Source of the DNA: a virus
Lineage: Duplodnaviria > Caudoviricetes
DNA: 63,030 nt
Reading direction: 5' to 3' (one strand)
IMG/VR virus record: IMGVR_UViG_3300012667_000266
Span: 1-63,030 of that record
Shown piece by piece: positions 48,324 to 58,063 of the stretch. Position numbers and translations under genes: made by a program. A model generated the notes under the pieces. It worked only from the letters and a program-made list of their open reading frames with translations. It had not been told where the DNA came from and ran no database searches. Within the stretch, counting starts at the first letter, position 1; every line of letters starts with the position of its first letter.

Positions 48324-48748
48324 GGCTTAGGGTACTTCAGTTTGACCGCAGTGATTTGTGCAGCCATAGCAGTAGCAGCGTCGCCACCCTTCCAGAAGGC
48401 GTCCATCTGGTCAGCAATGGTAGGGTACTCTGCGCGGCGATTGGCGTAGTAGTCTGGGTTGTCGGCGCACACAACTTCGGCCTTGTTGATGTCAACCGTA
48501 ATGGTCTGACCAAATGGGTCAGTGATCTCACGCGTCTTTGGAGTGAGCGCAGCCCACTCAGCTTCCTTGGCGTCGATCTCTGCGTAGATGCGGGACTCTG
48601 ACGACGCAAGGTACTCAGACAAGTCTGCCCCGACGGGGATAAATGTCATCCAGTCGTACGTCTGGGCGTTGTGCTCAACCTTGAGAATGGCAATGGCGCG
48701 TTCTTCACCGCTCACGCCTGATTGCAAACCTTCGAGAGAAATAGTCAT
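48320..48748 (-). CDS. Tail-fibre-associated (assembly/chaperone-like) protein
   Basis: C-terminal YYANRRAEYPTIADQMDAFW...VKLKYPK. Confidence 0.6.
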   Translation of the reverse strand: MTISLEGLQSGVSGEERAIAILKVEHNAQTYDWMTFIPVGADLSEYLASSESRIYAEIDAKEAEWAALTPKTREITDPFGQTITVDINKAEVVCADNPDYYANRRAEYPTIADQMDAFWKGGDAATAMAAQITAVKLKYPKP

Positions 48749-50109
48749 TTAACAGCCTCCAATCTAAAATTCTTACCGGGGTGTTGCCCTGTTACAGGCA
48801 GGATTTGTACATCTTTAAAGCCAACATGCTCTACCAAGCTGGCCAATGTCTTTGGCGTATAACCCCACAGGTGTGGAGATAACGCGCCTTTTTCTTGCGT
48901 TTCAGGGGTCACGTGGTCAACGTAAGCCCCAAACATGCACATAGCGGTTGTGTGTTTTGCTTCGCCATCTTGCTCAATGAAATCACGACACAGAGCTTCC
49001 AGATCGGGCGTCTCAAGAACCAACTTTCCACCGTCTTTGAGCGTAGCGTGCCACTTGCTCAAAACTTCCGGTGCGCGGTGCTGGGGGATATGTTCAATGA
49101 CATGGCTGGCCATGATCTCGTCAGCGCAGGCTTCAGGCATATCCAGCTTCATGATGTCTTGCTTAATGTCAGCGGCCTCGCCGTACATGTCAACGCCCAT
49201 GTAGCCATCAATCTTGTCTTGACCACAGCCCATATTGAACTTGATCTGCTGACCTTCTGCTTGCATCTGAGCGAGGATAGCCTTGTACCCAGCACTGGCT
49301 CCAGTACCTTCAGGCAGACGATCGTGCCAGCGGCGATCGATGAAGTCTTTGTCGTCTAATGTCAGTGGGCGCGTTGGCTTGATGTTGGTGTAGTAGTTCT
49401 TCAGATCGACTGAAGGGTGAGCGGTGTACATGCCTGTGGCCAAGTCCATGTGCAAGCACTGGACGTCTGTGTTAACCAGCAGCTTTGTGCCACGCTTGTG
49501 CAGACGGTGAACAAAGAAGTTGTCTTCGCCGATGAACGGAATAGTGCCCTTTGGCCCTTCGACGTTAGAAGCGATGCACGTAAATGGCAACTCTGGCGCT
49601 TCTTCTTTCATGTTCTTGAGCAGCTCAATCGGGATCATCATGGCATCCATGCCGGTCTGCCACGCATCAATCAATTGGCCGGGGTCTACGTTGGGGATCG
49701 TAATCCAATCACCGTTTTTGACCATAATCATTGCGTCTGAGCACTTGATGTAGTACACGCCTGTAACAATAGCGCCGGGGTTTTCTTCGCATGTTTTATG
49801 CAAAACCTTAAACGCATCGTATGGAACCACGGTGTCTTCACCAATGAAGAAGAGGTACTTAGCGCCGGAATCAAGCGCCTGCTCAATCAAGTAGTTACGC
49901 GCAACGTCAACCTTCTCACCGCCAATGTGAACAAAACCATGAGAGAAGCCCATCATGTCGATATGAAGGCCGTCGTAGCCGTCAAAATTTTGAGCGGCAG
50001 TCTCTTTCAGGTCGCGTCTTGGCTGTGCAATCAACACATAAGGCGCAATCGACTTTGACTCGTCGTAGATTTCCTGCATGACTTCAATGATTTTGTCGCG
50101 GTTGTACAA
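48745..50109 (-). CDS. GT-A glycosyltransferase fused to class I SAM-dependent methyltransferase
   Basis: VDVARN...YLFFIGED...GEDNFF...H (GT2-like); FNMGCG...SHVIEH...LKDGGKL..ETPD (MTase). TTG start with SD AGGAG. Confidence 0.85.
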   Translation of the reverse strand: MYNRDKIIEVMQEIYDESKSIAPYVLIAQPRRDLKETAAQNFDGYDGLHIDMMGFSHGFVHIGGEKVDVARNYLIEQALDSGAKYLFFIGEDTVVPYDAFKVLHKTCEENPGAIVTGVYYIKCSDAMIMVKNGDWITIPNVDPGQLIDAWQTGMDAMMIPIELLKNMKEEAPELPFTCIASNVEGPKGTIPFIGEDNFFVHRLHKRGTKLLVNTDVQCLHMDLATGMYTAHPSVDLKNYYTNIKPTRPLTLDDKDFIDRRWHDRLPEGTGASAGYKAILAQMQAEGQQIKFNMGCGQDKIDGYMGVDMYGEAADIKQDIMKLDMPEACADEIMASHVIEHIPQHRAPEVLSKWHATLKDGGKLVLETPDLEALCRDFIEQDGEAKHTTAMCMFGAYVDHVTPETQEKGALSPHLWGYTPKTLASLVEHVGFKDVQILPVTGQHPGKNFRLEAVK

Positions 50110-50117
50110 GGGCGCTC

Positions 50118-51512
50118 CTAGAATTTGTTGAAAAAGGGACTTAGAGCATAACCGATGTTTACTGGCACTCCAGTGGAGATTTTTTGGCCCACAACCGCGC
50201 TGTACGGAGCAAGGTAAATTTCACCCGTTGCGGCCAACACACCACCAAAAGACAAAACATCTGCGCCCGTTGCATAAGCAAGGGGGTAAGTAGATACCAC
50301 GCCGGTCGCAGATATTTTTTGCCCAACGGTAGCCAACCCCGGAACAAAATGGATGTCACCGTTCGGAGCCAAGACTCCGCCGTAGTAGCCATTAGACTGA
50401 GTGTTCACTAAAGAGTAGGTGCTTACAACTCCCGTAAACGGGTTAATTTTTTGCCCTCTATTTCCTTGCGAGTAGATAAAGTGAATGTCGCCATTGGCTG
50501 CAATAACGCCGCCAATATATGCGTCTGCCGCCGTGTACACCAGTGAATATGTGGATACCACACCTGCTGCCGAGATCTTCTGCCCAACATTTGAGTTACA
50601 GGGGACAAAATGAATATCGCCATTAGGAGCAAGAACACCGCCGTGGTATCCGCTACCCGCGTTTGTCTTTACCAAAGAGTACGTACTCACAACCCCTGCT
50701 GCTGATATTTTTTGGCCCCTGTTTGCCGCTGCGGGTACAAAATGAATATCCCCGTTTGGGGCTAACACGCCGCCTTTGTAAGCCCCGGAGGTGGTGTACA
50801 CCAGTGAATATGTGGAAACAACTCCATTAGCAGAAACTTTTTGCCCAACTTTGGCACTTTGGGGTACAAAGTGAATATCCCCGTTGGGTGCCAATACTCC
50901 GCCAGCAAAAGCGGCTGAGATTGTGGAAGCAATGATGGAGTAAGTGCTGACAACCCCAGTGTACGGGTTAACCTTTTGACCTCTAGGCGCAAAAGACGGT
51001 ATGAAATGTATCTCCCCGTTTGCTGCCAAAACTCCACCCGTGTAAGCGCCAGTCTCCGTGCGTGCCAATGAGTATGTGCTGACAAATCCAGTAGCGTTAT
51101 TGTTGTTGTATGGTGCGCCGTTAATGACGCCGGCGTTCATTGCCTTTTGCAGATTAGTCCACGCCACCAAGTTTGTACCGACAGACGAATCATCTCCGGT
51201 GGGTACCGTGCCTTGTGTGGCATCTGCTGGGAAAGTGACAAACACATCCTTACTACCAGCGCCCCAATCCACGGCATTGTTGCTGTTAGACGATCCAAGA
51301 ATAGTAGTGCGGGTCAACGTGGTTCCGCTGGATGTGTACGTGCCAATACCAATTTCCCAGTCAGTGGCGTTTGTAATGCCGTAATACGTCGTGTTTCCAT
51401 CGCCGATTACAGAAAAGCTCTGGTAGCCGTCTACCGCAGCGCCCAGCGTAAACGTCCCTGTCCCAGTCGTTGTGCTGGTTACTTTGACACGGTCTTTAAC
51501 CACGTATGCCAT
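50118..51512 (-). CDS. Tail fibre / receptor-binding protein with 7 beta-propeller-like repeats (paralog 3)
   Basis: KDRVKVTSTTTGTG anchor; seven GGVLAPNGDIHFVP-type repeats; ends FNKF. Confidence 0.75.
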   Translation of the reverse strand: MAYVVKDRVKVTSTTTGTGTFTLGAAVDGYQSFSVIGDGNTTYYGITNATDWEIGIGTYTSSGTTLTRTTILGSSNSNNAVDWGAGSKDVFVTFPADATQGTVPTGDDSSVGTNLVAWTNLQKAMNAGVINGAPYNNNNATGFVSTYSLARTETGAYTGGVLAANGEIHFIPSFAPRGQKVNPYTGVVSTYSIIASTISAAFAGGVLAPNGDIHFVPQSAKVGQKVSANGVVSTYSLVYTTSGAYKGGVLAPNGDIHFVPAAANRGQKISAAGVVSTYSLVKTNAGSGYHGGVLAPNGDIHFVPCNSNVGQKISAAGVVSTYSLVYTAADAYIGGVIAANGDIHFIYSQGNRGQKINPFTGVVSTYSLVNTQSNGYYGGVLAPNGDIHFVPGLATVGQKISATGVVSTYPLAYATGADVLSFGGVLAATGEIYLAPYSAVVGQKISTGVPVNIGYALSPFFNKF

Positions 51513-51521
51513 GTTGAGTCC

Positions 51522-52907
51522 TTAAAACTTGTTGAGGTAGCTGCTTAGGCAGACGTCAGATGGGAATGGTATTGCAGCACCAGTGGAGATTTTCTGCCCT
51601 CTTCCTGCGGCAAGAGGAATGAAATGAATGTCGCCGTTTGGGGCCAGTATGCCGCCAGAGTAAGCGGTGGCGGCTGTGTAAGCCAACGAGTAGGTAGATA
51701 CCACGCCAGCCGCTGAAATTTTTTGGCCAACTGGCGCAGAACTGGGAACAAAATAAATGTCGCCATTAGGCGCAAGAACGCCCCCTGAATACTGATTTAA
51801 TCCAGTACTCACCAAAGAATAAGTAGATACCACCCCGGCTGTAGAAATCTTTTGACCTCTGTTTGCGCTGTAAGGTACAAAATGGATGTCTCCGTTTGGC
51901 GCCACCACACCGCCAGAGTAGGCTCCGCTGCTTGATGTATAAACCAAAGAGTAAGTTGATACCACGCCAGCCGCAGATATTTTTTGCCCTTTGTTGGCAT
52001 AAGCGGGCACAAAATGGATGTCCCCGTTAGGGGCTAACACGCCACCAGCGTATGCGCCTGATGCCGTGTAAACCAATGAGTACGTAGACACAACGTTGGC
52101 AGAAGATATTTTTTGGCCTCTGTTGGCGTTATATGGAATAAAGTGAATATCACCGTTTGGCGCAAGAACTCCGCCAGCGTATATGTCAGCCCCTGTATAT
52201 ACAAGAGAATATGTTGAGACAACACCACTTGCGTTTATTTTCTGACCTCTGTTTTGCGCAGGGGAAAAAGGGACAAAATGTATGTCACCGTTAGGTGCCA
52301 GAACGCCACCAATAAACTGGCCAGAAGAGATAATCAAAGAATACGTAGAGACAACGCCAGACAAAGAAACTTTTTGTCCTTGAGCATTGTTGTAAGAAAC
52401 AAAATGGATGTCTCCGTTTGCTGCCAGCACCCCGCCGCTATATTGACCTGATGTCAAAACAAGGCTGTATGTACTCACCATCCCACCAACGCCATTGTTT
52501 TTAAATGGCACGCCAGCGTTGATGCTTTTTTGCAGTTTCTTTTGAAAGTTATTCCATGCCACTTGGTCGGTGCCAATCGAGCTGTTGTCAGCCGTAGCGT
52601 CTGACCCTTGCGTATTCACGGCAGGTTGCGGGATGTAGACATTCTTGTCGCCAGCACCGAAGTTCACCAAAGCACCTGAGTTGCTGGACGCCAGCACTTG
52701 ATCTCTGCTCATGGTAGTACCAGAAGACGTGTAAGTGCCTAGCCCAACTTCCCAGTCCGTTCCGCCTGTAATGGTGTAGTAGGTCTGGTTGCCATCACCA
52801 ACGCCAGCAAATGTTTGATACCCCTCGACAGCAGCCCCAAGCGTGAGCGTGCCCGTGCCTGTGGTGGTGGTTGTTACCTGTGCTCGGTCTTTTAGTACAA
52901 ATGTCAT
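51522..52907 (-). CDS. Tail fibre / receptor-binding protein with 7 repeats (paralog 2)
   Basis: Same anchor and repeats; ends YLNKF. Confidence 0.75.
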   Translation of the reverse strand: MTFVLKDRAQVTTTTTGTGTLTLGAAVEGYQTFAGVGDGNQTYYTITGGTDWEVGLGTYTSSGTTMSRDQVLASSNSGALVNFGAGDKNVYIPQPAVNTQGSDATADNSSIGTDQVAWNNFQKKLQKSINAGVPFKNNGVGGMVSTYSLVLTSGQYSGGVLAANGDIHFVSYNNAQGQKVSLSGVVSTYSLIISSGQFIGGVLAPNGDIHFVPFSPAQNRGQKINASGVVSTYSLVYTGADIYAGGVLAPNGDIHFIPYNANRGQKISSANVVSTYSLVYTASGAYAGGVLAPNGDIHFVPAYANKGQKISAAGVVSTYSLVYTSSSGAYSGGVVAPNGDIHFVPYSANRGQKISTAGVVSTYSLVSTGLNQYSGGVLAPNGDIYFVPSSAPVGQKISAAGVVSTYSLAYTAATAYSGGILAPNGDIHFIPLAAGRGQKISTGAAIPFPSDVCLSSYLNKF

Positions 52908-52909
52908 GG

Positions 52910-55078
52910 TTAGAACTTATTCAAAAAAGCGCTGAGACAAACACCGAAGCCCAAAGGCTGGCCAGAGTTGGTGGAGATTTTTTGGCCTATCGCCGAGTCA
53001 TAAGGCACAAAATATACGTCTCCATTTGGCGCAAGAACACCGCCAAGATATCCGTTTGCAGTCGTATCAAGCAAGGTATAAGTAGAAACAATGCCAGCCG
53101 CTGATATTTTTTGCCCGACAGTGGCGTATTGGGGTATGAAATGAATGTCGCCGTTGGGGGCTAAAACACCACCTGTATATGCCCCACTTCCTGGCGCGGT
53201 GGTTGTATACACCAATGAGTATGTTGAAACAACTCCATCTGGCGACACCTTTTGCCCTCGGTTTGCGCCAAGAGGGATAAAGTGAACGTCTCCATTGGAA
53301 GCAATAACACCCCCAGCATACGAACCTGTGTAAACAAGTGAGTATGTAGAGACCACTCCTGCCGCCGAGATTTTTTGGCCCACAGCAGCGACGTATGGAA
53401 CAAAATGGATATCGCCGTTAGGAGCCAAGACGCCGCCAAAATATGCACCAGCCACGGCTGTGTACACCAAGGAGTACGTTGAAACTACCCCATCCGCAGA
53501 AACTTTCTGGCCACGTGCAGCGCGGCTTGGAACAAAGTGAATGTCGCCATTAGGAGCTAAAACACCACCACGGTACGCCTGAGTCGCAGCGTAAACTAAA
53601 GAGTAAGTTGAAACAACGCCCGATAACGATATTTTTTGACCTACACTTGCGTTTACAGGAATAAAGTGAATATCCCCATTTGGAGCCAGCACGCCACCAT
53701 TGTACGGCGCTGCCGTGTAAACCAAAGAATACGTAGAGACAACGCCAGTACCTGTGTTTATTTTTTGCCCTCTCACTCCGCTATATGGAACAAAATGAAT
53801 ATCCCCGTTGGGGCTTAAAACTGCCCCGGCGTATGCGGTGGATCTTGTATAAACCAAGCTAAATGTGCTCACAATACCATTTGTACTGTTGTTGCCATAC
53901 GTAACCCCGCCAGTAACGCCGCTTTGCAATGCAGCTTGGAACGTAGACCAGCCAGATAAGTCTGTACCAACCTCGGAGTCATCAAAGTAAGGGACGCCAC
54001 CCGGAGTGCCGCCTGATGGGTAGCCGCAGAATACCTCTTTGTCTCCTGCACCCCAGTTGACCAAAGCGCCAGAGTTGGACGATCCAAATACTTGCGTGCG
54101 CTCAAGAAATACACCTGACAAGCATGTGCCAAGACCTACTTCCCAGTCAACACCATCGGTGATGCAATAATAGGTTTGAGCTGCGCCGATATAGTATTCA
54201 AATACCGCGTCATAACCCAACCCAGCCACATAAAACTGCGTGCCGTCCGGTTTTATGAATAATCCGTTTGCGCCTGCTTCTCCTGCAAAAGTAGTAAAAG
54301 ACTGCGAATATGATGCTGTAGACAGATTCCAAGCTGAAGAAAGTGTGTACTGAAACACTTTACATGGGGAATTTCTGTCAAGAACATACATGCTTAAACC
54401 GTCAGATTTGAAAGACAGGGCGGCGGGCGCGGTTGCGTATGAAGAGACGGAAAGAGATTGCACAAAAACAGCCGACGACAGATTCCAAGCGGCTCCCAAA
54501 TCGTACTGTGAAATTCTACCGGCAGCAATAGTCCCGCAAATATACATTGTCAGACCATCAGGCTTAAAAAACACACCGGTTAATCCGGTTTCTTCTCCGC
54601 CTACATATTTAGAAGTCCAGTACGACGCCGTGGAAACATTCCATGCGGATGACAATTCGTAAGAGTAAATGTAATCATTGCTTGGGCCAGCAATGTACAT
54701 ATACAGACCGTCCGGGCTAAAAAATACGTCTTCGGGGACGGTTTCTTGTGCTGCCACGGATTTTGTTTGTAGATATGTGGCAGTTGTTACGTCCCAAGCG
54801 ACAGACAAGTTGTACTCATTGACGTCATCTCCAGTGGAGCCGATAACGTACATCTTTAGACCATCAGGCTTGAAGAACAATCCTGTAGGCGTTGTCTCTT
54901 CCGTTCCAAAGCGAAAATTCACTCCAGAATAAGAAGCGGTGGAAATGTTCCAAGCGTTAGACGTTGCGCTGATTGCGCCAAAGTCTTGATAGCCAGTGAC
55001 CGCCGAGCCAAGCTCGAACGTACCCGTCCCAGTGCTGGTGCTGGTGACCTTTACTCGGTTTTTGAGTACGAGAGCCAT
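52910..55078 (-). CDS. Tail fibre / receptor-binding protein with two repeat domains (paralog 1)
   Basis: Anchor interrupted by five AWNxSTA...FxPDG repeats, then seven GGVLAPNG repeats; ends FLNKF. Confidence 0.75.
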   Translation of the reverse strand: MALVLKNRVKVTSTSTGTGTFELGSAVTGYQDFGAISATSNAWNISTASYSGVNFRFGTEETTPTGLFFKPDGLKMYVIGSTGDDVNEYNLSVAWDVTTATYLQTKSVAAQETVPEDVFFSPDGLYMYIAGPSNDYIYSYELSSAWNVSTASYWTSKYVGGEETGLTGVFFKPDGLTMYICGTIAAGRISQYDLGAAWNLSSAVFVQSLSVSSYATAPAALSFKSDGLSMYVLDRNSPCKVFQYTLSSAWNLSTASYSQSFTTFAGEAGANGLFIKPDGTQFYVAGLGYDAVFEYYIGAAQTYYCITDGVDWEVGLGTCLSGVFLERTQVFGSSNSGALVNWGAGDKEVFCGYPSGGTPGGVPYFDDSEVGTDLSGWSTFQAALQSGVTGGVTYGNNSTNGIVSTFSLVYTRSTAYAGAVLSPNGDIHFVPYSGVRGQKINTGTGVVSTYSLVYTAAPYNGGVLAPNGDIHFIPVNASVGQKISLSGVVSTYSLVYAATQAYRGGVLAPNGDIHFVPSRAARGQKVSADGVVSTYSLVYTAVAGAYFGGVLAPNGDIHFVPYVAAVGQKISAAGVVSTYSLVYTGSYAGGVIASNGDVHFIPLGANRGQKVSPDGVVSTYSLVYTTTAPGSGAYTGGVLAPNGDIHFIPQYATVGQKISAAGIVSTYTLLDTTANGYLGGVLAPNGDVYFVPYDSAIGQKISTNSGQPLGFGVCLSAFLNKF

Positions 55079-56088
55079 TACTCAATGTTCCCAGTTAGTA
55101 CGCAGGCTGTGCTGCTAATAAACAAGATGTTGCACATGCCGCGAGTTGCTAAAGTAACCGAGGCCACATCAGCATCTGCGCCAGCAATGTACGCCGTGGT
55201 AACAGAGCAAGTGATGGTGACTGTGCCAGATGTGTTATTGAAGATTAGCACCGCATCACCAGCAGCAAACGTCGAGTCTGGAATGGTGATTGAGCCACCT
55301 GTACCGACGCCCACCACCTTGCCCACGTCAGTGGTTGCAATTTGATACGAAGTCGTCTTGTCTGCTACCGCAGGGATGTTTTTGTAGCCAACGCCGTTTG
55401 TGCCGTCAGCAGTACAGTTGCTTAGGTTGCCAGAAGTTGGCGTACCCAAAACAGGGGTTGTAAAAGATGGAGATGTTGACAGCGCAATGCTTCCAGAGCC
55501 GGTTACGTTTTGACCAAGCGCGGTGGCCACTCCAGTGCCAAACGATGTAATCCCAGTACCGCCGTTAGCAACAGCCAGCGTGCCAGAAACAGTAACTGCG
55601 CCAGATGTGGCGGTGCTAGGCGTCAGGCCGGTAGAACCAAAACTGATTGTGGCCACACCGTCAGTAGAAGTGGAAGCCACCTTTACGTAATCCGTGCCAT
55701 TAAAGTACGCGGAGCAAATTTCACCAACAGCTACAGAGATACCTGTTTGACCGCTGGCCTTTAGGGTTACCGTGCCGCCCGTAGCGGAGTTGTCTACGAT
55801 GTACGTCTTGCTGTGCGAAGGTGCGGTGATGACCTTGGTGGTGGTCAACGTGCCCGTAATTTTTAGCGCGGCGTACTGAGCGGTTGTGCTACCAATGTTT
55901 GTAGACGAGCTGTCGCCGTTTGTGTCGGTCAGCGTTACCGCGCCGTCACCGTTCAAAGTCAGAGTGCCTGCAACAGCAATGTCCAAGTAGTCGGTGATGC
56001 CGTTGTTCACCATGTCGCCCCACGTGCCGGAGAGTTCCCCCTCGACTGGCAGCGCAAGCCCTAAGTTTGTTGAGTATGCCGTTGTCAT
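55078..56088 (-). CDS. Proximal tail fibre protein
   Basis: LGLALPVEGELSGTWG, T/G/S-rich shaft (LAVANGGTG, TPVLGTPTSGNL), C-terminal adaptor-like domain. Confidence 0.75.
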   Translation of the reverse strand: MTTAYSTNLGLALPVEGELSGTWGDMVNNGITDYLDIAVAGTLTLNGDGAVTLTDTNGDSSSTNIGSTTAQYAALKITGTLTTTKVITAPSHSKTYIVDNSATGGTVTLKASGQTGISVAVGEICSAYFNGTDYVKVASTSTDGVATISFGSTGLTPSTATSGAVTVSGTLAVANGGTGITSFGTGVATALGQNVTGSGSIALSTSPSFTTPVLGTPTSGNLSNCTADGTNGVGYKNIPAVADKTTSYQIATTDVGKVVGVGTGGSITIPDSTFAAGDAVLIFNNTSGTVTITCSVTTAYIAGADADVASVTLATRGMCNILFISSTACVLTGNIE

Positions 56089-56097
56089 TTAAAGCTC

Positions 56098-56913
56098 CTA
56101 TTCCGTCCGGATCAAGTCCCAGTCGGCAGTCTGTGTGTTGCTCACATTTTGCCAGTTTGCGGTCTCGCTGTCATCAATAAGACTCCAGTAAAACACACCT
56201 AAATTTCCTACGCTGCCAGAAGCGGAAACACCTGTAAGTGCAACTGACCGTGCGCCGATTGACATTGTGCCAACTGCGCCACTCGCAGCCACGCCGGTGA
56301 GGTCGTCCCCAACAACTGGAACATCTTCGCCAAGCAAGCCCTGTGCGCCAACACCAGTCAAGGCAATAACACGATCGCCCACAACCATTGTGCCAACAAC
56401 ACCGCCAGCCTCAACGCCAGACGCAACCCAGTAGAAAGTTACATCCCCTACTGCTCCCGCAGCAGAGGTGCCGGTCAATGCAATAGACCGATCTCCAACA
56501 GAGACAGCCCCAACCGCGCCAGAGGATTCCACACCAGTCAGGGGTACAGGGTCTTTAGCAAACTCAACACTGCCTACCGCACCAGCCGCCGCAACACCTG
56601 TAATCGCAGCAGAACGAGCCGCCACAGACATTGCGCCTGTATTGCCAGACGCCTCAACTCCAGTGATTGGTATTGACTTAACAGGAACATCCGTCCCAAC
56701 CAAGCCAGAACCGTTGACCCCAGAAAGCGCGGTGACAGCCGAAGCGGTGGCCGTACCAGCCAAACCAGCAGCGGTTACCCCAGTTAACGCAACCGTGACA
56801 GCAACGCCAGAAATACTTCCAACGTCACCGGACGCAGCAACTCCTGTGAGCTCGGTTTGGTAGCCGCCCCAAGTATTACTGCCCCACGCTCCTGCGCCCC
56901 ATGCGGTTGCCAT
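56098..56913 (-). CDS. Tail-associated repeat protein
   Basis: N-terminal WG repeats and many LTGVxAxGxVG repeats. Confidence 0.7.
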   Translation of the reverse strand: MATAWGAGAWGSNTWGGYQTELTGVAASGDVGSISGVAVTVALTGVTAAGLAGTATASAVTALSGVNGSGLVGTDVPVKSIPITGVEASGNTGAMSVAARSAAITGVAAAGAVGSVEFAKDPVPLTGVESSGAVGAVSVGDRSIALTGTSAAGAVGDVTFYWVASGVEAGGVVGTMVVGDRVIALTGVGAQGLLGEDVPVVGDDLTGVAASGAVGTMSIGARSVALTGVSASGSVGNLGVFYWSLIDDSETANWQNVSNTQTADWDLIRTE

Positions 56914-56936
56914 GACCTGCCTTTATGTTAGGCGGA

Positions 56937-57395
56937 TCAGGTTGTTGCCAAGCGGAGTAGCGCGTTTGTCGTGTTGTTTGTTGGCATCGTCAATGTGAAC
57001 GTACCAGCAGTCACTGTCTGTGAACCGAAGGTGTGCACGCTGACAGCCTTGTCGCTTGCTGTAGAGTTATAGATCAACACTGCGTCAAAAGCGGTGGACA
57101 ACGTCACGTTTGTGTACGTCAAGCTGGCCGAAGGAGTCCAATAAGCCACACCAGCCGTAGCAGATGCGTTTGTGGAATCGGGAGCAGTAGCGTTCGTAAC
57201 GTTAATACCGCCAGCCGTGTAGTTTGTACCCGTTACTTCACCGGTAGTGGAGTAAGCAGTGGTGGATGCGTTGACTGTGGCAGAAGCCAAGAACAAGGCA
57301 GCTTTGAATGTGTCGCCGGTAGAGGGGGTGAAGTCGTGCGTGGCCGTCATCAGTTCTTCCATGAACGATGTGCACATTGCTTGAGTATTTGCCAT
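56937..57395 (-). CDS. Virion structural protein (paralog of 57607-58062)
   Basis: TSFMEELM..HDF...DTFKAALF...LIYN..DKAVSV..FG. Confidence 0.75.
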   Translation of the reverse strand: MANTQAMCTSFMEELMTATHDFTPSTGDTFKAALFLASATVNASTTAYSTTGEVTGTNYTAGGINVTNATAPDSTNASATAGVAYWTPSASLTYTNVTLSTAFDAVLIYNSTASDKAVSVHTFGSQTVTAGTFTLTMPTNNTTNALLRLATT

Positions 57396-57405
57396 GATCG
57401 GCTCC

Positions 57406-57597
57406 TTAGAAAGATGCGGCTTCAGCCGACAGAGTTACAGTTTTCTTGAGTGTGACGTGTACAGAACGATGTACAAGTTCGCCTTCCAACCAGTATTCCA
57501 CCCATGTGGTTGTCTCGTTGTCATTATCGACGGAGCCTTCTTTTTTCTCAAGAAGAGATTCGTCCATTTCGCCTTTTGTGGTGTTCACAAGTGCCAT
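57406..57597 (-). CDS. Small hypothetical protein
   Basis: 63 aa, SD AAGGA. Confidence 0.65.
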   Translation of the reverse strand: MALVNTTKGEMDESLLEKKEGSVDNDNETTTWVEYWLEGELVHRSVHVTLKKTVTLSAEAASF

Positions 57598-57606
57598 GAT
57601 GTTCCT

Positions 57607-58062
57607 TTAAGCAATACGCACGATCGCACTGTTGGCGTCGGCTGTTGGGAAAGCGATTGTGAAAGTAGCATCCGTAACGGTCTTGTCTGCGCCGAAGTCC
57701 AGAACTGCCACAGATTTGTTGCCTTCAGTGAAGTTGTAGATCAACGCGCCGCGAGCCGTGAAGCTGGCATTTGGCCAAGTAGCCGTAGCAAACGAGACGT
57801 ACGCGGTGGGGAGACCTGCACTGTTGTTGGCCGCCGTTGGGGTTTGGTTTATCGTCAACGCTTGGCCGCCGGTTGTATAGCCGCTACCATTCTCAACCTG
57901 TCCTACCAACCCTGTGCTATACGCGGTAGTCGTCGCATTAAGCGTAGCCACCGATGTGTATAGGGCGATGTAGAACGTGTCTGGCGAAGTGGGGCCAAAG
58001 TTGTGAACCCCTTGAAGGAGCTCCACTTTGAAGCTCGTAGTGACTGTCTGCTGAAGCGCCAT
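57607..58062 (-). CDS. Virion structural protein
   Basis: TSFKVELLQGVHNF...DTFYIALY...GALIYN...VAVLDFG. Confidence 0.75.
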   Translation of the reverse strand: MALQQTVTTSFKVELLQGVHNFGPTSPDTFYIALYTSVATLNATTTAYSTGLVGQVENGSGYTTGGQALTINQTPTAANNSAGLPTAYVSFATATWPNASFTARGALIYNFTEGNKSVAVLDFGADKTVTDATFTIAFPTADANSAIVRIA

Positions 58063-58063
58063 A

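Noticed and set aside
50118-55078. Diversity-generating retroelement or CRISPR array
   Set aside because: The repeats are degenerate in-frame protein repeats; there is no reverse transcriptase, no adenine-specific TR/VR pair and no spacer structure.
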